Shown here one piece after another: positions 14,201 through 26,510 of a stretch of 64,000 nt of DNA (within the stretch, counting starts at the first letter, position 1; the number at the start of each line of letters is the position of its first letter). Made by a program: the position numbers and the translations under genes. The notes under the pieces were generated by a model. The model did not search any database and was not told the DNA's origin. It saw nothing but the letters and a program-made list of their open reading frames with translations. Source of the stretch: Sphagnum compactum (taxonomy: Eukaryota); contig OZ234494.1 of NCBI GenBank assembly GCA_965153455.1, positions 11,036,001-11,100,000 on the forward strand. The letters run 5' to 3'.

Positions 14201-16099
14201 ATTTGAAGATTTGATGTCCGATGTTGATGAAAATGAGGATGAAACCAAATCACCGGGTGAAGACCCCATAACATTAGATGAGCTTGATGAAGATGAAATT
14301 GAACATGACCCCTTTGAATTCCTTAATGATGACGAGATTCCATTTTCAAGATTTTTGTTTCATTCAATGGTTTGGAGGTTCAAGGGTTTGACAATGGCAA
14401 TGCAAATCCAAACCATTATTTGATGACTTGTTCACCCCTTTGATGTACCCCCCAGGTTATACATGCTTCAATAATCCAAAACCAACACATGCCCATGCAA
14501 TCAATGGGGTCCATGCAAATGTTCCCCCCAAGTAGCTCGAATGCACTATTAGCTCGAATCATCATTCCAAAACCAAACACACAACTTAATAAACACCTCA
14601 GACATACAAGGGGACCCACTCGTTAATCCTCCCAATATTATAGTTGATGACATTAGGGATATTACATTGGAGCCATGTGTGGGCCCACATATGGTCATTA
14701 ACACAAGTGCACCCCAAGTTGTGCATCCAAATCCTTCAAGTCTTAAACCTACAAGACTTGAGGAGTCAACATAAGGCGATTCAAATTCTGATCATGCACC
14801 AATCAATGAGTACTTACGACATCCGAAACCCTCGATGGCTAAAATTGATGTGGGGCTAAGATTAGTCAATGTGGCAACTTCCATGAACCATCTTGGACCA
14901 CCTATTGAAAATTCATCCACACATCGAGTTACTTGAGGGAAGAAGCCCTCTAATCAAACAATAATTACTTTCGTAGGTGAACATAACTATGAACGACCAC
15001 ACACCAATGATGGCATTTGGGATATTGAAGGATGGCACCCCACCAAAAAAATTGTGACAAATTGCTCGAGGCAAAATATCATCACAACCTTGTGTGGGAT
15101 AGACATTTTAGAACCGGAGGAAGGGCGCAATGATGATGATGATGACGATGACACCGACATTCCTAATGAGGCAATTGAAGCCACAAATGATATTGACTAC
15201 CATGAACCTTGACCCCAAAATCCAAATCTTGCCATTAGTCATCCTCTTAGGTCATGAATCACAATGGCTTCACAATCATAAGCATTTGGCATTTTGTGAT
15301 ACTTACACATAGGTTGAACATTATATGTAAATCCACATGGTGGCTTAAACATATCTTCTTCCAACTATATATTTTTTGGTAATAAAATTGTAACTATCTG
15401 CTTTGGGACCCTATTTGGAAATTGGTATATTTCATATAAGGTAATTTCATTTCCATAAATCAAATTCCAAACTTTCATTTCAAGGGCACTCTGAATGGAG
15501 TGCCCCCATATAGTTGCAATTATATGCTTTCCAAATCACTCTAATCACATTGTCATCAATAAGGTTCAATATTCAACAATTATGGGCCATATCCAATCAT
15601 CCAATTCATTTTTCAATTATAAAACATTACATATCATTGTAATTAACTAGGTCTACATTAGTTGTGACAAACTCTTAGGGGAAATAAGTTATTTGCCCAT
15701 TTTGCCCCATAAATATCAATTTTGTACATTATTGATGCTATTTTACAATGTACGTATGTTGCATTTAGTGCAAAATTCCACCTCACCCTACTATTACGAT
15801 CTATTACATCCTCTATTACTATTTTCCCCAATATTACTACCACGTTGTCAACTAGCACAATTTCCTAGCCCGATGAATTTCCCATTCAAAATTGCATCCA
15901 ACCTAAGAAGATTATCTATGTCATTGAGCATTGTGATTGTGTGAAGAAATATTACAGTTAATAATGCAAAAGCAGCATCATCTTTCAAATGCTGCCTTTC
16001 ACTAATTTCCTCCAATGTCAAGTTGGCCACATCTTCAAATTAAAAATCTCTTATATATAGTGAACCCCTACCTGATCTCCTCCCCCATCATGTTTTACC

Positions 16100-17170
16100 A
16101 AACATGCTTCGAATTGAGAACATATTCAAACTTATTAATTCTTGGGTTATACCACCCCTGAAATATTTGATAAAACCAATGCGTCGTGTATCGGTCGTTG
16201 ATGAGTACAACAATTCACATGCCTTCTAAATCATGGATTCGTCATATTGCCATTTGTCATAATGATTCCCCCATGTAATAACAGACATGCCAACATTCCA
16301 AATCCATTCCATGTCTATGCCCTATGTTTGTGGGATGTTGGGTGTGTTAAACATGTTGTACTCCCAATGTTGTGGCATGGCCACTTGAAGATTGAATTGT
16401 TTGTATAGGTGCTAATGAAATGGAACCCTACATTGTGGACATCTCCTCTTTGCCACCATCAAAGTGATTAGGCATTGCGGATGGTACAAGTGTTGGAAAA
16501 TGCCTAAAATCCATGTTCCTTTTGGTTCAAATGGGGGACAACAAATAAAACATAGTTCCCCATTTTGCGTGAAGGGTTGAGTTGTGGGCCACAAAAATTC
16601 CCTTTTCATTTTTGACACAATAGTGACATATTCCCAATCAAACTTGGGATGTGTTACCCACTATATGTTTGCATTCTCTTACATCTTTGGTAAATCGTCA
16701 CAAAACATCTCTAATATCTTGGGCCATGATGTCAAACTATGTGATTAGAACCTCCCATCTTCATGGTATTTCACTTGCATTTTTACAAGTTTCATTTCTA
16801 TCTGTGTAGCTCAAGATGCTACCAAAATACATGCAAGTTACATGTGGTTTGAATTTTGTTGGGTTGCCTTCACAAATGCTTCACCATCTCTTTGATACTG
16901 TTATTTCATGTCAATCAATGTTTGATGGTAGTGTTCGATGTTTTCCATAGATTTTAGACATTTTTTTTTGCCTCAATGGCCTTTGCAAGTGCCTCTTCAA
17001 GTGCCTTTTGTTGATTGGTAGCATCTTGTTCTAACCCAAGACATTTTGTTTGGCATGCAACTAATTTTGTCCCCTCCCAAAGTTGGATTTGCATTACACC
17101 CATTTCCCTTAGCAATGCTTGAAGAACATGTTCTTCAATATTGACCCATTTTGTCAAGGTCAATATGCTA
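16100..17170 (-). pseudogene. Decayed coiled-coil plus RING-H2-like ORF, intronless and probably repeat-borne
   Basis: CFICCPPFEPKGTWILGIFQHLYHPQCLITLMVAKRRCPQCRVPFH (16412-16560), preceded by a broken coiled-coil-like ORF (16954-17163). Confidence 0.5.
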
Positions 17171-18439
17171 GCACTTTATGCCAACCCCTTCTAACCGTTT
17201 GTTGTGTCAAATGGCATATAAAATGCCATTTGAACCACAACATTCAACTGTTCTCCATCCATGGAGTTATCCATGCTGGAGGGTGATTGAGAAGGTTTTT
17301 GTTCTCAAGGGTGTTGAATAATTCAGTCCTTCATCACAAGAAAAAGATCTTGGGTACAAAAGGTACTTAGTATTGTTAATTCGGGAACAACCAATAGTAG
17401 TGGTAAAAAACCAGTTGAAAAGAGAAAGGGTGAATGACAAAGGCAAATATGGGAAGAACTCGAGGTTGTGCTATAAAAACTCAAGGTCGTGTAAGCGTTG
17501 GGAGAATTTCTAGAAAAGTCGATGGATTTGCCCCCGCAAATCTATCCAATTGATATGGAGGCACATTACCAATTCATGAACTTGGAACAATCCTCCAATC
17601 GACCTAAACCCCAAGCACCACCTCTACATAAACCACAAATTAAGGCACCTAGGTTTTGGAAAAAAATTAGCTCCTCGTCATGGCCATGTGCACCTCCAAA
17701 ATGTGTGCATTCATATGTTCATCTAGGCAACTTGTATATTGGGCAGAATTATTTTTCTTGTGGGTTTCATGCCTAGAAAGTGGCCATTTCTTGTCAATGT
17801 GGCACCACCACACATACTGCAAACATAGGGTGTATGACCAAGGTTAGGGAAGGTTTGTTAGATGGTTGGGTCTTCAAGTGCTTTGAATCTTGCTTCATGC
17901 CATCTTCCTTTTGCACCATGACCCCTAGCCACTTTCCTTTGGTTCATAATATCCACCATCATACCCACCATTTGTTAATAAATAGGTAAGTTAAGGGTAA
18001 ATTAAGGTTAAGTTCATAATAAATTGGTATAGGGGTCCTCTAAGAAGCTCAACTTTAAAGTCCAGCACATAATTATTTTCATAATTGACGTCATGAACTT
18101 TAAAGCCCTACAAAAAACTCCCACTTTCTTCCAAGTTTATGGCATTGATTGCTCAAAGCAAACAAAGTTTTCACACGTGTGAGGTGACTTTCTGTCCCTC
18201 TACTCCCGATTCTATGAGGTGACTATACTTTAAAATACATATGCTACCGATGAAGGAAAAGTGCAAGTGTATTTCTAGATGTTAGATTGCGGTTGTAGTT
18301 GAAACTAAGTAGCTTGCTTCCTATGCATCATTTACGATTTAGGATTTATAGATATATTTTCCAAGCCCAAACACTCCAAATCCTAGAATTTTATGTTAAC
18401 TTATCATTTATTTAATCCAACTTTTAGGGTTCAATTCCA

Positions 18440-18812
18440 TGTTCAACTTGGCAATAGACCTCCAATCACTTAAAATATTATTCCCACCACATACAATATC
18501 CAAATCTAGCTTGCTTAAGCTCATTAAAAAGGTAACTACAAGGCGCACCTTCCTACCAAATCTTAAGCTCTATAACTAAACCAACAAGAAGTTATGCTAC
18601 CAAACCCAAAAGGGTTTTACGAAGGTAGAGAGTTCAATTTGGTTGCAGACCACCAATCACTTGAAATATTATTCCTAACACATACATTATTCAAATCTGG
18701 TTTGCCTTAGCTTATTAGAAAACTAATTACAAGGCGCACCTTCATACCAAATCCTAAGCTCTACAGCTAAACGAGCAAGAAGTTATGCTATTAAACCCGA
18801 GAGGGTTTATAA
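18440..18812. repeat. Tandem duplication, ~191-bp unit x2
   Basis: AGGCGCACCTTC at 18541 and 18732; flanking sequence aligns along the whole unit with scattered substitutions. Confidence 0.85.
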
Positions 18813-19073
18813 AATTTCTCTAAGATTTTAAGCTCCCAACACTATGCCTACTCATTTCATTCTTTCAAAACTACTTCAAACGTCCATTCTATTTTCTTTC
18901 TTTCCACCATCTACCAAGCCTAATCATTCTTTTCCTATTCAAAAAGGTTGTGGGAACAAGTATTCTCAAGATTTGAATCAAAAATTATCCTCCGAATAAA
19001 AAGAAAGCCCCAAATGATCCGAATTTGCCCCTTTAAAAAGAAGGAGAAGGAAGGAGTGAAAGGAAGATCCCAA

Positions 19074-19200
19074 CTTGGTGGCCAATGGAAGGTTCCATTG
19101 CTTGGTGGCCCTTGGAAAGTTCCATTGCTTGGTGGCCCTTGAAAGGTTCCAATGCTTGGTGGCCAATGGAAGGTTCCAATGTTTGGTGGCCCATGGAAGG
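19074..19200. repeat. 27-bp minisatellite, ~4.5 copies
   Basis: Unit GCCAATGGAAGGTTCCATTGCTTGGTG. It explains the 9-aa repeats in the overlapping ORFs. Confidence 0.9.
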
Positions 19201-20524
19201 AGAAGGAGAAGCACCTCTTCACCTCTTCTCATTTTCCCCCTAACAAATTTTATTTAAACCTTCATTTTTTCCTTTGATCTTAAACTTTTACTTTACCATG
19301 ATTTTAGGCCGTTACTTACGCATTTTTTCCCTTTTCTTTGACCTATAAATTACGATCGCGCATCTCAATGTCACAAGTCTTCCACACATTCATTGTCAAT
19401 TTGATTTTGATTGGAGATCTCTTCTCTTCCCCTTGAAATTATGGCATCATGTATGGCCACGTCTTACGGGCCTCAAGTTGCACAAGTGAATGAAGAACCG
19501 GTTCTGGAGTCATCTTTAGATTTGATGTTAACGCAGCATCCTCATGATGAAGACCCTGAACCGCGAGAGGTGCGCGTTAGTCTTGTAGTCGATCCCCTTC
19601 GAGCTTAGTACTATCGCATTTCTCCAAACTCTTCCACCCTGGTGATTTTGTTGCAAATTGACCCTGCTTTTGGTGATGAACCTGAAACCGTCTGTGAAGG
19701 TTTATGAAACTGAAGACACCTCCATCTTCACATGGTCTTCAATTTCTGGCATTGGACATTATCGTTGGTTGCGCGCTCTGATTTGGCGACTACCTCCTAA
19801 CAGCAGGTGGACTACCTAGTTCGCACCATTCGATGCATCCTAGATTTTTTGCAGTTATGAACTATCATTGTGGCATAACCCAAAACTCAACATGTAATTG
19901 CAGCTCCTCATTGAACTTATCCATAATATAAATAAATGTTTCATCCATTATGAAACTCATGTTGCCATTGCCACCCTATCCCCCTGTTTATTTAATCGTA
20001 AGTTGTTTCAAATTAATTTTATGGTTATAAAACTTGAAGATTGTTCTATCTCTATTGGACCTTTCATTGACACCCCCTCACCTGCTTCATGAATCTCAAA
20101 CATCCTTGCTACTCACTAAATATTAGAACAAGACCAAAGTTTTGTTGCACACCATGAATTTTGGTGTCTACTTCTACCACCAACCCTCTAGAGATTTTTC
20201 ACCCCTAATTACGCCATTTAGGTTCTAAAATTATGGTTTATTAGCATTTTGTTGAAGAAAAAAACTAACCCAATACCTTATTAACCAATATCGTATTTCA
20301 AAAAAGAAAACACCCCCCCACAGAACCATGCGCATTCATCATCCGCTATTCCAACATGAAGTTGTTAAAAACCCCTAATAACCTTACCACATTTGAATAT
20401 CCCTGATGCAATTCTTAAAAATTGAAACTACTGGACATGGCTATGTCGGTATGGCTCACAACATGTCATAGAAAAAAATACATGGAATGAGGTAAGTGAA
20501 AAAATATAGTGAAATGAGGTAATT

Positions 20525-20940
20525 AAAATTTTTGGTCACCATTTGACATGATGCAAGAATCATGAATGCATGGCCATCAAATGGTGACTAGAAGTGGTCA
20601 AGTCACCACTAGACCATTGTGTTAGATGGCAATAAAAAACACCCAAAACAAATTTGGTCACCATTAGGCACATGGTGACCAAAATTTCAATCGCCATTAA
20701 ACATGTGGTGATTGAAATTTTGGTCGTCAATTATACAGCCAACCAGTTGGTGACTAAAAGTTTTTGGTCGCTGACAATGTAGTCAACTAATTGGTGATCA
20801 AAAAAATTCGATTGCCTTTAGCATTTAGGAATGATGATCAAATGTTTTTGGTTACCAACTATCCACATGGCCCATTGGCAACTAAAAATCAGGTGGTGAT
20901 CAAATTTTTCTGGTCACCAAATTTTTTGGGTGCCCCTAAT
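20525..20940. repeat. Degenerate repeat rich in TTTGGTCACCA / TGGTGACCAAA
   Basis: The motif and its reverse complement recur about ten times. Confidence 0.55.
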
Positions 20941-21184
20941 TTTTGGGGTACCACTAATTTAACCTATATAAGAAGTTTCACATTTTCATTTATCCTCACT
21001 TTCTTTTCATGTGTACAACTTTAATTATTTTGGACAATTGGTGCATATTCACCTTTATCACCTTGGCCTTCATCTTGCTCACCTTGGCCTTGATCTCTTG
21101 TTCATCTGATGTGTTATTCGCTTTATATTCTCCTTCATTACTTGGCCTTGTTGTGTAGAGGCTTGAAGGTTAGATTTTGTTGTT

Positions 21185-21485
21185 CATTGCATTTGAATCC
21201 AAAGGCCATATATTTGATGCCCTACACTTAGACTTGATATTCTTTTTTCTTAGTGTTTGCTTTAAAACCTAGTCCACCCATCCGGCTAAAGTAATCTTGT
21301 CTGGTTCCATGTAGTTTCTATTAGCCATTACTGCATCCCTCACCCTTTGAAATGCAGTTTTAAATGGCTTAAAGTAGGAGACATCCAATGGTTGAAGGTC
21401 ATGAAAGGTATGCGCAAGTAAAGTTATCATGTCTAATCCAAAGTCATGGGCTTGTTTTATTGCTTCTTTAGGGTTATGTGGCTAC
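21185..21485 (-). mobile_element. pogo/Fot1-like (DDE_1, Tc1/mariner superfamily) transposase relic
   Basis: (G)SHIT..EAIKQAHDFGLDMITLLAHTFHDLQPLDVSYFKPFKTAF...NIWPLDSNAM, matching the HxSH...LPxHTSHxLQPLDV.F.P.K signature. Confidence 0.8.
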
Positions 21486-24282
21486 CAATGCAGTCCAGCG
21501 GCTAGCTGATAGTCGCAGCTACCCGCAGCTGCAGATCGGCTGCGGCTGCAGCCAAGATTTTTAGCAGCGGCCGGGTGCAGGCGGCTATGCACCTTAGCGG
21601 GCGACTGTGGCTACGGCCGTTATTCAAAGTGTACGTCCTGATTGGTATCAATTTTCAAAGCGTTATGCATATTTATTATAAAGAAGCCAAATTAACATCA
21701 TTAAAACAAGATATTCTGCCGTGGCAACCTTAGAAGTTAGTACTAGAGCTCAGACTCCAGAATTAGTGCTACTTTGCAGTGCATTTTGTAGATTAGCGTT
21801 CGGTGCTCACTGCTTCCTAGTGTAAGTTTTTGACTTTGAGATCATCATTCTCAAATTCTGCGTCTTGACTGGCACAACACATCATGCAGTGCTTCAAGTC
21901 GCTTGATGATGCTAAGAAGAAGATATCCGTTGGTTTGACCAGCAAGAACCCGCAGTATGCGGTGATACCCTTCACGTTGAAGAATTGGCCATCAACCAAC
22001 AAGCTATGGGATCGCATGGGCCAAGTGGTCGTGAAGGCCAGTGGCGAGTGGGTGCGCCTCGATGTGGAGGTGGATGGCAAGGGGTGGACCAACACGGTGT
22101 ACGTGTGCGCCTGCATCAAGCCCACTTGCCTCAGTATCTATGTATACAACTTGCGGGACGGCATGTCGTCAATGAGTGGCCACACCTGCTCGCGTGCAGC
22201 TGCTACAGCTTCCTCTTCAAACAGCTTAGCCGTTTGGGCGAGTAAGCGCGACATGCCAACCGACTCTGCCAAGGCCAACATGACCAATGTCCTCGTCAAC
22301 ATGTGTTCGTGGGACATTCGCCCATACTCGTCTGCGGAGGGCGCAGGCTTCGAGAACGTCATCCAGACCGCCCTGGACATTGGCTTTGCAAGCAAGACGC
22401 CACTGATCGCTGAGAACTTGCTGTAGTCCCGATAGATCGTCAAGCGCAATACGATGGTCCGATTTGACAAAGGTGTCTTGAAGCTACAAGTCATCCTGCG
22501 CAAGCACTTCATTGACAATGGGTGCGTTGCATTCTCCACTGACACTTGGACGGACAACGCCACACAGACGGCGTACAGTGCTAACACCCTCCACATGATC
22601 GACGACAATTGGGTCATGCACGCCGACGTTGTGTCTTGTGATGAGTTCAGCGAAGGCACGAGCCACACCGCGCCAACGATTCATCGCGACTTTGTTAACA
22701 GCATCCGCCCGTTCATATCCTGGAAGGAGGACGAGGTGATGGTTCAGGCGGCGGACTGACAGGTGGTGGTCAAGTCAGATGCGACATCGAACAATAACGG
22801 AGCGGAAGGAATGTCGTCACAGTTCGAGCTAGACCTCTGCTATTGCCATCGCCTGTCGACATGTATCAGCCATGTGCTGCGGAAGCATACTCGCGTGGTG
22901 GGCGGCATCAAGCAGCCAGCGGCCTACCTCTTCTACGAACAGTCCGAATTGGTCTTTGACACGATTAATGATGCGAAGGTGCTGGTCACGTACATGAAGA
23001 ATACGCTCCTGAACAAGAAGTTGAATAACAAGATGAAGCAGGACGTGGGGATGCGCTTTGACGGTCTCCTCATCATGTTGCAGTCTGTGGCCGCCGAATT
23101 GGCTACGTCCATCGAGCTGCTGAAAAAGAGGAAACAGGAGGAGTGCGCCAAGTGCATCATTGAGCCACTGCTCATTGAACTTATTCGACTGCTGCACTAC
23201 TTCAAGCTGGCCAACAAGTCCTTAGAGCCGTTTTTCGCGCCCACCATTCAAGATCGTCGGCATGTGGTTTACCAAACTGATGGCCCACCTCCAACCGCGA
23301 GTTGAACCCGTCACCGTTGACGGTGCAGATGGCGAGAAGGTGACCATTGCAGCTGACAATGACAAGATTGGCCCCATCAAGGCGCTCCTGCTCGGTCAGC
23401 TCAAGGAGAAATACTTCCTCAAGCCGCTCCACGCTGCTGTTGCCTACGTGGATCCGCTGCAAAAGAACCGCCTGCTCGATTGCGGCTTCACTCAAGAGCT
23501 GATCGACCACGGCCTGCTCTACCTCAAGGACATTATGCACAAGGTTGGCCCACCCAAGCAGATGGTGGTGTCCAAGTTCGGTGACAAGCATCCACTACCG
23601 GCAAAGAAGAACCGCGCCAAGAAGCTGCGCACCATCTTTGTCCACGTCGGCCCTAGTCGAGATGACAGCGACGACGATTCTTCGGAGAGCAACGGTGGCC
23701 ACGAGCAAGGCGAGGCGGCTTAGCTCGAGGCCCTTATCGAGCACGAGTTGGCCTCGTATCGCTTGCTCAAGGCTGACAAGAGCGACAAGAAAGTTCTGCT
23801 TCAGGAAGCTACACGTAAAAGAGCCCGACCAGATGGCGAAGTCAAGCACGACGTTGGCCTATTGCCATGGTGGAAAATCAAGTCCGCCAATTTTCCCAGT
23901 CTGGCTCGCGCCGCCTGTGCCATACTCTGCATTCCGGCTTCAAGTTCGATGCCGAAATGTACATTCTCGTCCGTCGGCAATACGCGGACCAACAAGCGCA
24001 ACGCGTTGAAGCCCGACATGCTGAACGCCCTCCTCTACCTCCGCTCCAATCAGGACCTAGACCGTTCATAGTAGGCTGACATTTTTTTATAACATGAACG
24101 GATATGATGAAAACAATGATGTGGGGAAGAAGGCTACAGCCGAAACGTTGTGGTGGTGGGCGGCTGCGGTTGCAACTGGATATCGCTACGTAAATCGGGC
24201 GGCTGCAGCTACGGCCGAGAATTTAGCTGGAATAAAACGGCCAGGCTACGGCCGGATCCGGCAGGATGTGTGGACAGCACTG
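21486..24282 (+). mobile_element. Near full-length GC-rich hAT DNA transposon (Hermes/hobo-like)
   Basis: Imperfect 12-bp TIRs CAATGCAGTCCA (21486-21497) and TGGACAGCACTG (24271-24282), 10/12 match. GCGGCTGCAGC/GGCTACGGCCG subterminal repeats at both ends. Internal transposase. No clean 8-bp TSD. Confidence 0.85.
21884..24071 (+). pseudogene. hAT transposase, intronless, ~730 codons, disrupted by 4 stops and 1 frameshift
   Basis: BED-like finger (CACIKPTC..GMSSMSGHTC), Hermes-like DNA-binding domain (MCSWDIRPYSSAEGAGF), STDTWTD, KSDATSNN, CYCH, and LPWWK...FPSLARAACAILCIPASS dimerisation domain. Stops at TAG 22424, TAG 22433, TGA 22757 and TAG 23721; frameshift near 23250. Confidence 0.9.
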
Positions 24283-24299
24283 GTGTACTGTAGACTGGA

Positions 24300-24612
24300 A
24301 ACACATCTTTGTGTTATTGTCCCACAGCTAATCACACGAACCATGGTGTTTAGCTATGTACTAACTACCCACGTGCATCCACCTACCCAATACTGGCCAG
24401 TGCATTTCATAATAACCAGTAACCACTCATATTCCCTACCTACTAACCTATGATACTTATCCACATACATAGGTGTAGTTACCTACGTAGGGGAAGGAGC
24501 AAGCGCTTACAGAATAGGTTACCAAGGTGGAATCTTGGTAACTGAGTTGTGGTTACTCTACAAGTCATGACTAGTTTCCAACGGATGTTGCACTGGTGGG
24601 TGCTGGGTTACA
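24300..24612. mobile_element. Partial copy of the MITE family seen at 41752-42127
   Basis: GATGTTGCACTGGTGGGTGCTGGGTTAC (~24583-24611) matches the TIR of the 41752 element. Internal GGTTACCAAGGTGGAA matches the reverse complement of ~41844-41859. Confidence 0.55.
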
Positions 24613-26357
24613 TAATCCCACTGCAGCGGACAAACTTGCTGTTCATAGTAGCATCAGTATAATGGAAATGTGCAAGCTCAGACACTCCTCAGCTGCAAAG
24701 AGATACTAAAATCTAAACCAAATGAGATGTAACCTGACACAGGCTTCAGACGGCAGCTGGATGCTCGCACTTGTCAATAATGAGGCAACTCTAGGATCCA
24801 ACTCTCAACTGTCAGCGTTTGGTTGCATAGGTAACCTCTGAACCGTCCATAGAACGCGGATCGTATGCAGTAGCAGGTGTTGGTCGATTATGGGTAACGT
24901 ACTGTGATTTGGGCCCATTTCCATTTCTGTTCAACTGAAAGGACAAGTGTAACAATTACTAATATTACGATAAATTTTACCTCTCAAAGAAACATTCTAC
25001 TGTATTTAGAGCGCACCTCTAAAACCATGAATGTCTCTCCTAGAAAAGATGAGGGATATTACTTATTTTGTAAGAGTGGGAGGGATCCTTTGTGGAGCCA
25101 AGGGTGGCAGCCTCCCGAAAATAAGGGGCCTAAGAGCATCTCCAGTGGTGCTCAGTATGTGATCTGCACAGTAAAAGTGATGGAAAAAAGTCAAAATATG
25201 CCGGTTTGGCTCAGCAAAATGGTTTTGGCTCAGTATATGTGCACACTTTGCAGTGGCTAGTAAAACGCAAATCAACACTGTACACATGCAAAAAAGAGTG
25301 TATTAAATAAAATCTAACTGATGCTCAGTGTTTCTGATTGGTCCGTAATAATGAGTAATAATAGCAAACCACCTGGACCAATCAAAAAGATGAGGGATAT
25401 TACTTATTTTGCTATTATTACTGCACCACCTATTTGCTTTCCCAGTTTCAGTTTTAGGGGTGGGGTTACAAGAAAGTAAACAACTAAACTTGGACATGAA
25501 AAATATTTTTGCAGGGTCACATAGGGAGCCGCAGCTGCTGGAGCTGCTCTAAGATGAGTCTGAAGTTGAGTCCACCCTCTATTTTTGGAATGTCTCCCAC
25601 CCATTGATTTTACCCATCTTAAAGCACAAGGCAAACATTATCATCAACTTAAACACATGTAGATCACAAGTGGAAGGAGGAGAGGGTTCTTGCACCTATA
25701 AATGACATAATTAGGCACATGCCTAAGAAGTAGGCATAAGATCTCTCGTTCTTTTTAGGATTAATATTCATGGGTGTAAGGTGCCCTCCCAGTAAATTAA
25801 GGAATTTGTTTGCCTGCTTTACAGCAGGCTGATCCCTCCCACTCTTAAAAAGTAGGTGTAAGAACCCCTCCTCCACATGTGTTGGTCTACTTACAGTTGT
25901 TACCTATGTAAGTGGGTAACCATAAAGGTGTAGGTATGAAACATAAGTGACTACTATTTAGGTAGGGTGCGTAAGTATAAAGGTACATAAATAGGGAATG
26001 TAAGTGGTTACTATTAAGGTAGGGGAGTGGGAAAGGCATTTGGTGGCTAAATAGATACCAATGTTGATTTGGTATATGATAGGGTTTCAATGAATATGTA
26101 TTTGGGTATACACCTTGGTATGTAAATTCAGAACTGGTTATGTATAAGGTAATATGTGAGGAGTGGAGCATTCCCAAAATAAGCACCTGCCCAAGGCAGA
26201 GGGGCCTAAGGTCGAGGGGTGCTTATTTTGCAAGTGCCTCGCTCCTCACTTGGTACTTGTGTAAAACACCAACAACTTTTTTCTCATTTTGTCTCTTGAC
26301 ACCTGCCAGGTATCACAGGAAAGAACTAAAATAAAAATGAGGCAAAACATTTTGAAA

Positions 26358-26510
26358 AGTGAAACACCCACATGAGTTTCTCAAAATGCACTTCCATTTG
26401 CGGAGGACACATTCCACTTGATAATGTAAGCATATTGACAAGTGAAACACCCACCGGAGTTTCTCAAAATGCCCTCCCATTTGCAGAGGACACATTATAG
26501 TTGATAATGT
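26358..26510. repeat. Short tandem duplication (~83 bp x2)
   Basis: AAGTGAAACACCCAC...GAGTTTCTCAAAATGC...CCATTTGC.GAGGACACATT...TTGATAATGT occurs twice. Confidence 0.75.

Noticed and set aside
18935-19257. ORFs with 9-aa repeats on both strands
   Set aside because: Translation of the 27-bp minisatellite.
21817-24079. Many long antisense and alternative-frame ORFs over the GC-rich element
   Set aside because: Expected shadow ORFs of a GC3-biased coding strand; they contain no motifs.
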